Shown: piece by piece, positions 12,210-25,091 of the stretch
Position numbering within the stretch: the stretch's first letter is position 1
Layout of the letters: every line of letters begins with the position of its first letter
NCBI RefSeq assembly: GCF_006345805.1
Contig: NC_043005.1
Span: forward strand, 48,980,001-49,044,000
Length of the DNA stretch: 64,000 nucleotides
Source of the DNA: Octopus sinensis
Lineage: Eukaryota
Direction: 5' to 3'
Program-made: the position numbers and the translations under genes
Notes under the pieces: model-generated
What the model was told of the DNA's origin: nothing
Seen by the model: only the letters and a program-made list of their open reading frames with translations
Database searches by the model: none

Positions 12210-12355
12210 GACTAAGAAGAAAAGAATGGAGAACAAAAAAAAAAGGTCTTCAAGCATGGGAACTGGAGGCAGATGCCCAGGAGCCAGGAGATAAAACTAT
12301 AGATAATTGCGTGTAAATAGTAGATTTTAAAATCCCTTGGATAGAAAAGTCGAAT

Positions 12356-12422
12356 GCTACCCTCAGAACTCGAACCCACAGGTCCTGCAAACACAACAGA
12401 TGTTCTACCATTGGACCAGAGC
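12356..12422 (-). pseudogene. tRNA-like sequence (degenerate)
   Basis: A-box tggtccaatggtag, anticodon stem tctgt/gcagg, B-box ggttcgagt; acceptor stem poorly paired. Confidence 0.5.
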
Positions 12423-12607
12423 AATACTTTGAATTTCTCTATCTATTTTAGAAATTTTAATTAACATCACAGGAACCTAGAAAATTCGAGAACATGAAAT
12501 AATTCTTTTGTGGAAGGCTGAATCTCGAAGCAAATAAAACTATAAATAATAGAGTATAAATATTGGATTTATATATATATATATAACTTTGATTAGAAAA
12601 GTTGAAA

Positions 12608-12682
12608 GCTGCCCGTGGGACACGAACCTATATTTCCTGTAAACATGACAGGCGTCCTATCTATATTTCTTAATTAAACAGC
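12608..12682 (-). pseudogene. tRNA-like sequence (degenerate)
   Basis: Acceptor gctgttt/gggcagc, anticodon stem cctgt/acagg, B-box-like ggttcgtgtcc; D-arm abnormal. Confidence 0.5.
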
Positions 12683-13561
12683 GATTATATAAAGCCAAAT
12701 TACATAGAACCATTTCAAGTTGATGGAAGTTTAGTTTATCACAAGCTGAATCACCCCAGTTGGTAGATATACAAACCAGGCAGAATGACACGCAACATAT
12801 AAATTAATAACCTCAGTCATTCAGTCACTTATTCTACATAGGTCTCTCCTTCCAGCTCTCTTCTCTCTCTCTCTCTCTCTCTCTTTCTGTATGTGTCATG
12901 TGAGTATGCATATATGCGTATTTGTGTTTATGCATGCGTGTTCTGGGGTGTATGTGTGTCAAAAAGAAATCGGTCGGTACAAAACAATCAATACATGTCG
13001 AACAGCAATCAAGTGAAGCATGTGTCTACAATAAATTACTGCTGTTTCTGCTGCTGTTGCTGATGCTATTGTAGCTGGTTCCTGCTTCTGTTGCTGTTAC
13101 TTACTGCTGATGTCTGTGTTGCTTAGCTTCTGGTCATCGACGGTTATTACGCAAGATATTTGATCAAATGCGTTTCAACCATAACAATCCAGTCTTTTTA
13201 TATTTACAGCTATATTGTCCATTGTGTCCTTGTAAGCTTTGATTTTAAAGGAGATTTGGTAACGTTTTCTAGCCGGTCGAATGACCACAGAGCAGTTCTG
13301 TTGTTGACTAGTGTACAATTAATTATTGATACGTGTATGATATAGCTTCATCATAAAAATCACAGAAAGCTGCTGTTGTCGCATACGTGTATGTTCAGGA
13401 ATACATCGTTGTTAAGATATGTATATGTTACTATTCATGCACAGACAGACAGGTAGACAGGTAGATGGTAGATACATTCCTACATACAAACATACCTACA
13501 TACGTACATACTTGTAGATAGATATAATTTGTGTATATTATCCGTGTATCTGAGTATATAC

Positions 13562-13964
13562 TCTATACTCTTACTCTTACTCTTTTACTTGTTTCAGTCA
13601 TTTGACTGCGGCCATGCTGGAGCACCGCCTTTAGTCGAGCAAATCGACCCCGGGACTTATTCTTTGTAAGCCCAGTACTTATTCTATCGGTCTCTTTTGC
13701 CGAACCGTTAAGTTACGGGGACGTCAAGCGATGTAGGGGGGGACAAACACAGACACACAAACATATACACACATACATATATATATATATACATATATAC
13801 GACAGGCTTCTTTCAGTTTCCGTCTACCAAATCCACTCACAAGGCATTGGTCGGCTCGGGGCTATAGCAGAAGACACTTGCCCAAGAAGCCACGCAGTGG
13901 GACTGAACCCGGAACCATGTGGTTGGTAAGCAAGCTACTTACCACACAGCCACTCCTGCGCCTA
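13562..13964 (-). mobile_element. SINE family B, near full length
   Basis: Head ggcgcaggagtggctgtgtggtaag on the minus strand; central TA/CA tract; 3' module. Confidence 0.9.
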
Positions 13965-14130
13965 TAAGTATGTCTGTATGTATGTGTGTATTATATTTAT
14001 ATATGTGTGTTTGTGTTTGTGTGTTATATACATACAAATATATATAGAGAGAGGGAGAGAGGCAGAGAGGCAGAGAGAGATATACATATATGCATTTATA
14101 TTTGTGTGTGTATGTGTGTGTGGGGGGGGG

Positions 14131-14435
14131 GGCGCAATGGCCCAGTGGTTGGGACAGCGGACTCACGATCGTAGGACTGCGGTTTCGATTCACAGACCGG
14201 GCGTTGTGAGTGTTTATTGAGCGAAAACGCCTAAAACTCCACGAGGCTCCGGCAGCGGGTGGTGGCGATCCCTGCTGTACTCTTTCACCACGACTTTCTC
14301 TCACTCTTTCTTCTGTTGCTCTGCTCTCTTAGCCAGCGGGATGGCGTCCTTTGAAGGCTAAAAGAATGCGAAGCGCATTGTGACCAGTGATGTGTAGCAA
14401 CATCTGATAGCCTGGTCGGTCACGATGATCACGGT
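14131..14435 (+). mobile_element. tRNA-derived SINE family C
   Basis: ggcgcaatggcccagtggtt...gcggtttcgattc; matches the copy at 24244. Confidence 0.85.
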
Positions 14436-14523
14436 GATATATATATATATATATATATATGGGTATATATTGGTATATATGTGTGTATCTATGTATGTGT
14501 ACAAATAATACACACATATATAT

Positions 14524-14968
14524 CCACTAAAAGTGGAAGTTTGGCTAGGACACAGAATACTACGCTATTTACCATGAGAGGATCTATTATATGGGTTTGT
14601 GTAGGATAAAATCACTCGTGTTTATATCGCTGATGGGCGATAACCGTCCGCTACGGCTACCGGAACTGCCAGATAACGTGATCTCACCGTTGTTTAGGCT
14701 TCTAAAATATAAACGTCCAGCTAGACATAGCAGTCGATTCCTCCATCAGCGACACATATAAAAATCTCATTGTCTAATGAGGCATTGATGTCGCAAATAG
14801 CCAGTGGCCTTATTGAAAATAATTGCTAGTAACGGAAGCAGTATTAAAACCAAAAGGTAATATTTATCTCCCATTAAAAGTGGAGGTTGTGTTAGAACAC
14901 GAAATACACCATGAGAGGACCGCTCTTATGGGCTTGTGGAGTATAAAAGCACTAGCGTTTATATCGCT
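14524..14968. repeat. Diverged ~100-bp direct repeat with ~347-bp period and a hammerhead remnant between the copies
   Basis: 14524-14630 resembles 14871-14968; ctaatga-ggca-ttga-tgtc-gcaaa at 14774-14797. Confidence 0.55.
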
Positions 14969-15030
14969 ATACACACACACACATGTATGTATATCTATGT
15001 ATGTATATATATATATATATGTGTGTGTGT

Positions 15031-15107
<77 letters not shown>

Positions 15108-15894
15108 TTGTATATATATATATATGTGTGTGGGGGGGGGGAACACGCATACCTTGTGAGTGTTCGAGATTGCTCATATCCCTCGAGTTGTAATTCATAT
15201 AGACAGACAGATAGATAGATGGAGAGAGAGGGAGAGAAAGAAAGAGAGAGAAAGAGAGAGAGAGTCAACAGATGAGATCCAGAGAATACACTCTGTAGCG
15301 CTCAAATGATTCAAACTTAAACTCCGATGTCTTTACGAGGGACCAATTCCGCGGGGTAAAGAATAGCTTATAAGTGGAATCAAGTTGTACATACATACAT
15401 ATTATAGAGGTAAGGCCTTTACATTGTATGTATAGTTATATTTGTACCAGTGACCTATATCGTTGTTTGTCTCCGTCACCGTCCTTTACGTTCACTCATT
15501 TACTCCAGCAGCTTTTTGCTGTTAACGCCACCAAAATTAACAATATTATCATTAAAGGCGTGAAACCGTTATGATTTTTGGACGATAAGTGATGGGAGGA
15601 GAGCATGTCCACGTCGTATGTGATTTTTTCCATGTCGTCATTCTGTCCAATTTTCGTATATCTATCTTTGTATCAATGTGTATGTATTTGTGTGCGGATG
15701 GATGGATGGATGGACCACACATTCATATCTTGTTAATACTGCTTGTTAAAATTTATCCCTGAATCTGATGATCCAAATGAAAAGGAAACAGGCTGCACTT
15801 TCTAAATAAGACTTTACTTCTCGTCTTCACAATCTGGCGCTTCAAATTACAATAATTAAGCAACGACGGTTATCCTTAATAATATAATGAAGAG

Positions 15895-16237
15895 GTAGAG
15901 GAGACTCCCTTTGGTCATGAATGACCATGAGATTGCACCTAGAAAGTTACCCTCCGAGGCCACAAGTCCGAGCAATGTTGTTTGTGGAAGGCCAGCAGTC
16001 ACCCATGCATATCAGCCTCCCCTCTCCACACCATTGATGTTATCCAAGAGAAAGATAAAGGCCGATACAGCTTGGCACCAGTGATGTCGTAAACTCATTT
16101 CTACAGCTAAGTTAACTGGAGCAACGTGAAATAAAGTGTCTTGCTCAAGAACACAACACGCAGCCCGGTCCAGGAATCGAACTCACAACATCATGATCGT
16201 AAGCTCGACGCCCTAACCACTGAGCCATGCGCCTTCA
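15895..16237 (-). mobile_element. SINE sharing the family D head, with a different tail
   Basis: ctggagcaacgtgaaataaagtgtcttgctcaagaacacaacacg...ctaaccactgagccatgcgcc. Confidence 0.8.
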
Positions 16238-16389
16238 TATAATATTACATAATCAAAATCTGACAAATGATAATCAATCCATCAAAGAAAATGCAGTGGA
16301 AGTTCTATGACATGATGTACCTTTTCTGGACCAGTTGTGATCCTGCAGAAGAAATTATAGAGATTTCAGATATAAAGAGTCTAAAACCA

Positions 16390-16812
16390 GTGAGAATTAG
16401 TGTTGCGAAGACTGGGAAATTGGTCCTGCCAGGAAATTCTCACCAGAATACTCTGCATGTTTGTAGAACATCATTAACACAAGTGGAGAAGTTTAAATAG
16501 CTCGGAGCCGTATTCAAGAGTGATGGGAATCAGGAGCCTGAATTGGATGCTAGAATTTCAGGTACTGGCATAGCAATGTGCCAGTTCCAACATTCGATCT
16601 TCAGAAGAGAAGTTAGTAAAAAAGCCAACCTCGCTATCTTCAGTTCAGTGTTCGTGTCTATCCTTGCCCATGGTCGTGAACGTTGTGCAATGACCGAAAA
16701 AATACAATCAAGGATACAAGTGTCCAAAATGGGTTTCCTCAGAAGGATTTCTGGAGTAATATTACTCGACAGGGCACCTAGCTCGGAGATCAAGGAGTCT
16801 CTCCAGGACAAA
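16390..16812 (+). mobile_element. RTE-clade (Rex3-like) LINE fragment
   Basis: QVEKFK*LG, ELDARI, KKANLAIFSSVFVSILAHGRE, IQSRIQVSKMGFLRRISG..LLDR..SSEIKESL. Confidence 0.8.
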
Positions 16813-18096
16813 TCAGAAGAATATCGCAGGAAAGAATGGGATTCTTCAAGTTAAGCCAGCCGGCGGGAAACCGAAGGTTAGACCAAGAACGTGATGGTCA
16901 GATATCCATAGTCTCAGTTAGTCACGCTTGAGAATCCAGCTGGAAAGGTTTAATGACGGTTGCTTCTGATAGAGCCCTATGGAAGAGGGTTCTAAGAACT
17001 CTGACCCCACGACCATCCCAGGGATAGAGGACGAAGAAGATGGATAAATGGATGGAACCAATGAGAAAATATCAAAATAATAGTATGAGAGAATTCACGG
17101 TGTAGTATGTTAAACCCCTCAATTGCTGGACTTTCACTCAACAGTAGAGATCTGTTAATCTCAGATATTAAAGGAGACAGGCTATATTTGCCAATTATAT
17201 AAAGAGTTAGCAAGCCATTTAAATCAAAGCTGATATGAGCATTAGCCAAACATTAATAGAACTGTGTTACAACAATAATTGGTTACGTGTTCTGTTTTAA
17301 TGTTTGTAATTAGTATTTTTCTATGTAATTTTCAACGTATTGTCTTAACGCATTTCAGTTTAGTTCATTCAGTTATTGATGTTATTGAATTATTAATCCC
17401 TATTAAAGCGCCGCTGGAAATGATTCAGATTGTATTGAGGTGTCAAACTAGATTTATTTCTGATATCCATTTCGATGCTTCGCATTACTAAATTCAAATC
17501 CGTCTTTAGTCGATAAAATAAACACCACTAATATACTGAAGTTTATTCATTCTACCATCCTGCTCTTTCTTAGGACATGGTAACTCGGTGAGCAAACAAT
17601 GTTATTATAACTACATGTTAGTTAAAACAAGTAAATGGATGCAAGTAATAGGAAGTCTTTATTGATGTTTTATGATGTCACGTTCGTGTCTTGTTTTGTT
17701 TTGTTTGTTCTTGTAGGTGGTGTTTGTTTTTCTTTTTGTTTTTGTTTATTTATTTATTCATTCATTCATTCATTCAGAAATAGCTGTGTGTATAAAACAT
17801 ATATATTGGCTCGAAGAGAAATATATTTTGTTGAACTGCAAGTTCAAATCGTGTTGAAGTCGAAATAGCCCTATGTCGTTTTCAAATAGAAGCGAAGCTA
17901 ATGTGCTGAACAAATAATGATGACTAGTTGTCTCTTCAACGCCTAGTACACAAGCGGCGCCAATTATTTCGGAATGAAAAGCCAAGAGTTTGTGCTGGAT
18001 CTCAGTCATATTGTATAATACGGATCAATAAAGAGCAAAAATAAAAGATTCAGAGAGATTTGCAATAAAATATAACGTAGGCGCATAAAATATAAG

Positions 18097-18500
18097 TAGG
18101 CGCAGGAGTGGCTGTGTGGTAAGTAGCTTGTTTACCAACCACATGGTTCCGGGTTTAGTCCCACTGCGTGGCACCTTGGACAAGTATCTTCTACTATAGC
18201 CTCGGGCCGACCAAAGCCTTGTGAGTGGATTTGGTAGACGGAAACTAAAAGAAGCCCGTCGTATATATGTATATATATGTATGTGCGTATATGTTTGTGT
18301 GTCTGTGTTTGTCCCCCTAGCATTGCTTGACAACCGATGCTGGTGTGTTTATGTCCCCGTCACTTAGCGGTTCGGCAAAAAAGACCGATAGAATAAGTAC
18401 TGGGCTTACAAAGAATAAGTCCCGGGGTCGAGTTGCTCGATTAAAGGCGGTGCACCAGCATGGCCGCAGTCAAAATGACTGAAACAAGTAAAAAGAAAAA
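18097..18500 (+). mobile_element. SINE family B
   Basis: Full head, central tract and tail. Confidence 0.9.
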
Positions 18501-18514
18501 AAAAGAGAAAAAAT

Positions 18515-18915
18515 AGGCGCTGGCGTGACTCTGTGGTAAGAAGTTTGCTTCCTACCCACATGGTCCCGGGTTCAGTCTCAGTGCGTGACACCTTGAGAAA
18601 GTGTCTTCTAACATAGCTTCGAGCTGACCAAAGCCTTGTGAATGGATTTGGTAAAAGGAAACTGAAAGAAGCCTGTCATGTATATATATATATATTTTTA
18701 AGTGTGTGTGGTGTTTGTCCATCGCCACAGCTTGACAATGGGTGTCGGTGTTTTACGTCCCCGAAACCTTGGAGTTCAACGAAAGAAACTAATAGAATAA
18801 GTACCAGGTTTAAAATTTTGAAATATATACGCACTGGGGTCAGTTCGTTCAACTAAAATTTTTCAAGGTGGTGCCCCAGCATGGTTGCAGTCTAATGACT
18901 GAAACAGATAAAAGA
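18515..18915 (+). mobile_element. SINE family B, diverged tandem neighbour
   Basis: ggcgctggcgtgactctgtggtaagaagtttgc...gactgaaacagataaaaga. Confidence 0.85.
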
Positions 18916-19227
18916 TACAATTAGTTCTTTACATTACGAGTGAACGTGTTCCCAATAATCGCTCGTTAACGAGAACACATGAAGCGGGAACCAAGAAAGG
19001 AACCGCAAGAGAAAGCATTCTAAGATTCCTCGCTAATATCCACTTTCTGATAACAGAATGAGACGCTGAACTGAAACGAATAAAAGGATACCAAGCAAGC
19101 GAGGTTGGGAGTTGGTGACACTTGCTAACATAATTTGGTCATTGGCTCAGCTGACATCGCTTCCGTTTCTGACTCTGTCTCTGGGTGGCAACATTTGCAA
19201 TAGTTAAGCAAACATTTTTAGAAGTTA

Positions 19228-19925
19228 TATTGTGCTGAATCGAAAGTTTTGCAATATTTTGATAACTCATTTGCTTTACCCGTTAAGTTACAACAAAAGC
19301 AACCTGGCATTCAAAGTGGAGACTATCGTATAGCACCGTCTGAAGTCACCTTTCTTATTTCTTTATAGCCCACAAAGGGCTAAACATAGAGGGGACAAAC
19401 AAGGACAGACAAAGAGATTAAGTCGATTAAATCGACTCCAGTGCGTAACTGGTACTTAATTTATTGACCCCGAAAGGATGAAAGGCAAAGTCGACCTCGG
19501 TGGAATTTGAACTCAGAGGCTGACGAAATACCTATTTCTATTTCTTTACTACCCACAAGGGGCTAAACACAGAGAGGACAAACAAGGACAGACAAACGGA
19601 TTAAATCGATTATATCGACCCCAGTGCGTATTTGGTACTTGTTTAATCGACCCCGAAAGGATGAAAGGCAAAGTCGACCTCGGCGGAATTTGAACTCAGA
19701 ACGTAACGGCAGATGAAATGCCACTAAGCATTTCGCCCGGCGTGCAAACGTTTCTGCCAGCTCGCTGCCTTTCCGAAGTTACCTTTCTGCCAACTCATTG
19801 ATCCCATTTCTGATACCAGTTTTTGTCCTTTGAGGTGAAGAACTCCATCACTGAAGCCTCCACCTCCTCTTGATTGATGAAGCGTCGCGAGCGCAGGAAA
19901 TGAGCCATGGATGGGATAATTCCAC
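19228..19925 (-). mobile_element. Mariner transposase 3' remnant with TIR, interrupted by SINE A
   Basis: Minus strand SMAHFLRSRRFINQEEVEASVMEFFTSKDKNWYQ..GINELAERW; TA followed by a TIR-like end at 19228. Confidence 0.85.
19356..19772 (-). mobile_element. SINE family A dimer with TSD
   Basis: TSD ctgaagtcacctttct (19340-19355) / ccgaagttacctttct (19773-19788). Confidence 0.9.
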
Positions 19926-20089
19926 AAAAATTATCGTAAAGTTGTAAATCATATAAATCGGAAATTCAGAGAGGAAAATCTACCTGTATATCATTAAAAC
20001 TGTTAAATAACTCATTTTGATTTCAGCTACGTCCTTGAGATTTTGTCTTTTTTTATCATTATTATTATTAGCGAGATCGATGTACACAG

Positions 20090-20250
20090 ATCGATGAAGG
20101 AGTTTTAAGTAGAAGCAAACCAGTACGGAAGACAAAACACGCAATAAGAGATCATCAACTACGACCACTGACACGAACCCCAGCGAGTGAATGAATTGAT
20201 TCGTGTAAACAGACAAATCACCGAAGTTACTGCGTATGTGGACTGCGATC
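20090..20250 (+). mobile_element. Mariner transposase N-terminal remnant
   Basis: EDKTR...SSTTTTD followed by VNELIRVNRQIT (HTH region). Confidence 0.55.
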
Positions 20251-20564
20251 ACAATGCATTACACTTAAATTAAAATCCCGGTAGCACTAACAATGTGTTT
20301 AATGTATACGTGGTTGATGAAAATAAATACAACTTTTATTCTCATATGGATATTAGTCCGTTGAAGTTATATGTAGTTTATCGCAATGTAAGAAAATATT
20401 TAACAAAAAATGACAAGTTTTTAATATATTTTCAAAGTAATATAATAGGTTATAGAAGTCTTGTTGCTGGTTTAGAACTTAATGTTCAAACGTTTAGGCA
20501 GATGAGATAACAGAGGTAGATAAGTAGACAGATAAATAGAAAGAGACAGACAGAGAGACATACC

Positions 20565-20652
<88 letters not shown>

Positions 20653-20734
20653 CTTCTTGGCAATATCCTATATCAACCCGAGATATAGTATATGGTATCC
20701 GAGAGAATCTTATCAACATCCACTTGTTGTGTTG

Positions 20735-20900
20735 TTAATGTATCGCTCCAGATCGGCCCTGACTGAGCAAACTTATGATCAAAGGTGTACCAATCGTGAC
20801 TATTCCATCTATTTGTGTATTTAGAATTGTATTATAAAGTTGTTCACTGCTTTTTCAAGATCACAAAGTGTGATTCGAAGAATCTGACTGCTAAGTGACC
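20735..20900 (+). repeat. Interspersed repeat family G
   Basis: Similar to the reverse complement of 63335-63520 (ccctga..agcaaac.tat...aaag...tgactgcta). Confidence 0.55.
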
Positions 20901-21344
20901 CCATAAATGCACTGTATTGGACTCCGTTAAAATCTAATAAAACTGTAAAGTCGAAAAATGAAAATCACTTCAATGAGTTTTTTTCTTTAATTTTCGAGAT
21001 TCAATTTCTATTCCAGATTTGTTAGATGACCTGTGTCGATACTTAAAGCAATACAACTTTTATTTCTTTTAATACACTCCTCCAAGCCAGAGTCGTCTTA
21101 GTAGCTCACTAGGCCCCCGGGCAAATCAATGCTGTGGACCCTATAGAATTTATTTATTGACAGCAAGCCACAACATACATTGATCATAATCGGGCCCTCT
21201 AGACCAGTGGGGTCCCTGGACTATTTCCCAGTGGGCTCATGCCTTAACGCAGCCCTACCCCAAGTACTCGTTCCATACGAGTGCATTCTTTTTGTTGGTG
21301 TATATGGAGTATCAAAGTTATGGCGCAAGATTCGAATGCAATAG

Positions 21345-21755
21345 ATGCAGGCGTAGCTGTGTGGTAAGGAGCTTGCTTCCCAACCACATGGTTCCGGATT
21401 CAATCTCATTGTGTGGTACCTTGGGCAAGTGTCTTCTACTATAGCCTCGAGTTGACAAAAGCTTTGTGAGTGGATTTGGTTGACGGAAACTGAAAGAAGC
21501 CCATCGTGTGTGTGCATCTATGTGTGTATCTTTGTGTCTGTGTTTGGCCCCCACCACCGCTTGACAACCGGTGTTGGTGTGTTTACGTCCCTATAACCTA
21601 GCGGTTCAGCTAACAAACAATGGTTGAAATATGTACCAGGCTTAAATATAAACAAGTACTGGGGTCGATTCAGGGTCGATTCATTCGACTAAAAATTCCT
21701 CAAGACGGTGCCCCACCATGGCTGCAGTCTAATGACTTAAACAAGTAAAAGGTAA
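21345..21755 (+). mobile_element. SINE family B
   Basis: gcaggcgtagctgtgtggtaagg...gacttaaacaagtaaaag. Confidence 0.9.
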
Positions 21756-22404
21756 AATATAGAAGAATATTTCTTCAATCCTTTTTTTTATTTTTAGTAC
21801 CATATTCTTTAAATTTTTTTTCCTTTTTCAGTAAAAAAAAAAATACCTGTTTGCAAGAATTATCTCCCTTCGACACTGCTGTTTCGCTTAATCTTAACGC
21901 ACATTTACACATGATAAAAGATCGAAGCATTCTAACACCAAAATTGTCGTATCGGATCTAAACTTTTCAAAGATTATATCTTAAAAGTGAATAAATGACT
22001 ACCAGAAATACAGTTATAAAATATTAAAGTGAATATAATCTGAATGCAAGATGTTTTATTTCCTCGTTTAGTATCAATATACGTTCACTTTCTCCAAAAG
22101 TGTTACTACTTTAATTTTTGTCAACGAAGTTGTTACATTCTATTGTTATGATATATTTTTGAAGAAGACAATATCTTGCCTCATATATTTAAAATTTATT
22201 GATGTTTGACAGCAATATCCTTCCACTTTTCTCCTTTTCTATTACACATATCGTTCTTTTTCACGAATGGTATTGTAAATCACTTTTACAATGTTCTCTC
22301 ACCTCTTAGAAAGGTAATATTTCTCCGACCATTCAGACAGCTGCTCATATTCTTTTACATATACATTCGATAAACCGACATTTATTATCACCCCGTTAAG
22401 CGTC

Positions 22405-22460
<56 letters not shown>

Positions 22461-23056
22461 CATGTTTTCGACATGTTTATGCTAGTTTTTACGGCATTAC
22501 CAGGTGCACCTCCATGTCCCAGAGGTGTACGCAGCATGATATTCTGGGAAGTATTATAGAAATGTGTTTGTATATTATAGCAGTTTTGTTTTGTTGTAGA
22601 TTTATTTTTTTGCGTCTAATAAATAATGCGGTGTTTCTATTTGTGTAGAATATATTCAATTTCAGCCGTATGCATATAGTTTGAACTGAGTTAAGTGTTT
22701 CGATGTTGGTGTTGATTGTGCGGTATATGGATTGTATACGCTACACTATATTATACCGAAGAAATTGTGCCGAATATGAGTTGCATGAGTTTTCGTGCTA
22801 TAGTTATTGGGTGATGACCATACAGGTATGTTCTATGTGAGTAGTATTATATTATTTGGTAGTGATTCCGTAGAGTATATGGGGTGTGTTTTATCGGTTT
22901 GTGATTATATAGAGTGTACGGTTGTGTACAGAGCATAGTAATGTGAATTGTGTTATTGAATTGAAAGTACCGTACAGTAGGATGTTGGTTGTGTTTAGTA
23001 AGGCTAATCTTTGGAGTATATAAAGAGTTGTTCTTAATATTTATTAAATCAATAAG

Positions 23057-23270
23057 GCGCCGAGCTGGCAGAATTCTTGCCGCACCAGGCAAAAAGAAAA
23101 TGCTTAGCGACATTTCGTCTCTCTTTACGTTCTGATTTCGACTTTACACTGAGGTCGACTTTGCCTTTCATCCTTACGAGGTCAATAAAATAGGTACCAG
23201 TTGAACACAGGGGTCGACTTACCCACTTCCTCCGAAATTACTGGCCTTGTGCCAAAATTTGAAATCAATA
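23057..23270 (+). mobile_element. SINE family A
   Basis: ggcgccgagctggcagaat...ttgcctttcatcc. Confidence 0.8.
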
Positions 23271-23947
23271 TTTATTCAATTCAAACGTCCCGTAAATCTG
23301 GTAAGCCATGACAGACTGGGAAACGTATATAATACCCATTATGTAGAAGAAATAATATAAAAACTAAAAACTTAAAAGAACAAAAGAAAAAGGAAAAGAA
23401 GTACAGATAAAGACCATTGAAATATTTTTGTTTTAAAAGTTTTTGTAGATTACGCCAAACTGGAACATCTTATTTATGGTTGGTGGAACCTCGAAAATAA
23501 ATTACATCTCCAACTTACGCAGCTTTTTTTCAAGACCACTTTTAAATTCTCCTCTCTCTGAAACTGGTGATTTTTGGCAATGGAACAAATAATTGTTACA
23601 AATCTTATCATGCAGCTAGCAATTTTGAAAGGATGCGATAAGTCGATTACATCGACCCCAGTGCTCAACTGGTACTTATTTTACTTTATAGATCCCAAAA
23701 GAAAAAAAAGGTAAAATCAACCTTGACTGAATTTGAACTCACAACGTAAAGTTGGAAGAAAAATAATGCCATAAGGTTTCTGCATTGTCTCCCCACGAAC
23801 ACAAAAGGGATGAGTTCTCCAATTATCATTAGCACTGTTTTTATTTCTGTTACCTCCATCACACCATCCTGGATTATTTCCATTTCAAGAACATTGCACG
23901 TTGACAATTTTTTTATTTCCTTCTGGACAATATTTTGTCAGAATGGA

Positions 23948-24160
23948 AAGCGGTGAGCCGGCAGAATCGTTAGCACGCCGGGCAAAATGCTTAGCAGTAT
24001 TTCGTCCGTCTTTATGTTCTGAGTTTTAATTCCGCTGGATCAACTTTGCCTTTCATCCTTTCGGGGGTCGATAAAACAAGTACTTGTCAAATACTGGGGA
24101 CGATTTAATCGATTTAGCCACTCCCCCAAACATGCTGGCCTTGTGCCAAAATTTGAAACC
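23948..24160 (+). mobile_element. SINE family A
   Basis: aagcggtgagccggcagaatcgttagcacgccgggc...ccttgtgccaaaatttgaaacc. Confidence 0.85.
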
Positions 24161-24243
24161 AATATATTGGTCAGAATGGATTGAGATGTCTAGCAGCGAG
24201 CAGAAATTTAGATTCTAGTCTTTGATAATTATATCTGATCAGT

Positions 24244-24755
24244 GGAGGGGCAATGGCCCAGTGGTTAGGGCAGCGGACTCGCGGTCGTAGGATCGCGGTT
24301 TCGATTCCCATACCGGGCATTGTGAGTGTTTATTGAGCGAAAACACCTAAAGCTCCACGAGGCTTCGGCAGCGGGTGGTGGCGATCCCTGCTGTACTCTT
24401 TCACCACGACTTTCTCTCACTCTTTCTTCTGTTGCCCTGCTCTCTTAGCCAGTGGGATGGCGTCATTTGAAGGCTAAAAGAATGCGAAGCAACATCTGAT
24501 AGCCTGGTCGGTACACCCTGCTGTACTCTTTCACCACAACTTTCTCTCACTCTTTCTTCCTGCTTCTGTTGTACCTGTATTTCAAAGGGCCGGCCTTGTC
24601 ACACTCTGTGTCACGCTGAATCTCCTCGAGAACTACGTTAAGGGTACACGTGTCTGTGGAATGCTCAGCCACTTGCACGTTAATTCCACGGGCAAGCTGT
24701 TCTGTTGATCGTATCAGCTGGGACCCTCATCGTCGTAACCGACGGAGTGCTCCTA
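24244..24755 (+). mobile_element. SINE family C carrying two alternative tails in tandem
   Basis: The ccctgctgtactctttcaccac block occurs twice, each time followed by a different 3' sequence. Confidence 0.85.
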
Positions 24756-24869
24756 ATAACATCTGATCAGTTTACCATGTCTCCTAATCAGTCGGGGCAA
24801 GCATTTCATAAATGATTGTGACCAGGTTGTTGTCATTGACCGTGTTTAGTATATGCTTATATTATCTTC

Positions 24870-25088
24870 AGGGCAGCGAGTTGGTAGAATCGTTGGTACG
24901 CCGAACAAAATGCTTAACTTCTTTTCTTCTGGCTCATTACATTCCGAGTTCAACTCCCCCCGAGATCCACACTGCTTTTTATCCTCACGGATCGATAAAA
25001 AAATTACCAGTTGAACACTAGGATCAATGTAATCGACTAGGCCCCTCCTCCCGAATTTCAGGCCTTGTGCCTGTTGTAGAAAGGATAT
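24870..25088 (+). mobile_element. SINE family A, diverged
   Basis: ggcagcgagttggtagaatcg...ggccttgtgcctgttgtagaaagg. Confidence 0.8.
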
Positions 25089-25091
25089 TAC

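Noticed and set aside
15765-15792. ctgatga...gaaac hammerhead-like words
   Set aside because: No stem I or II pairing.
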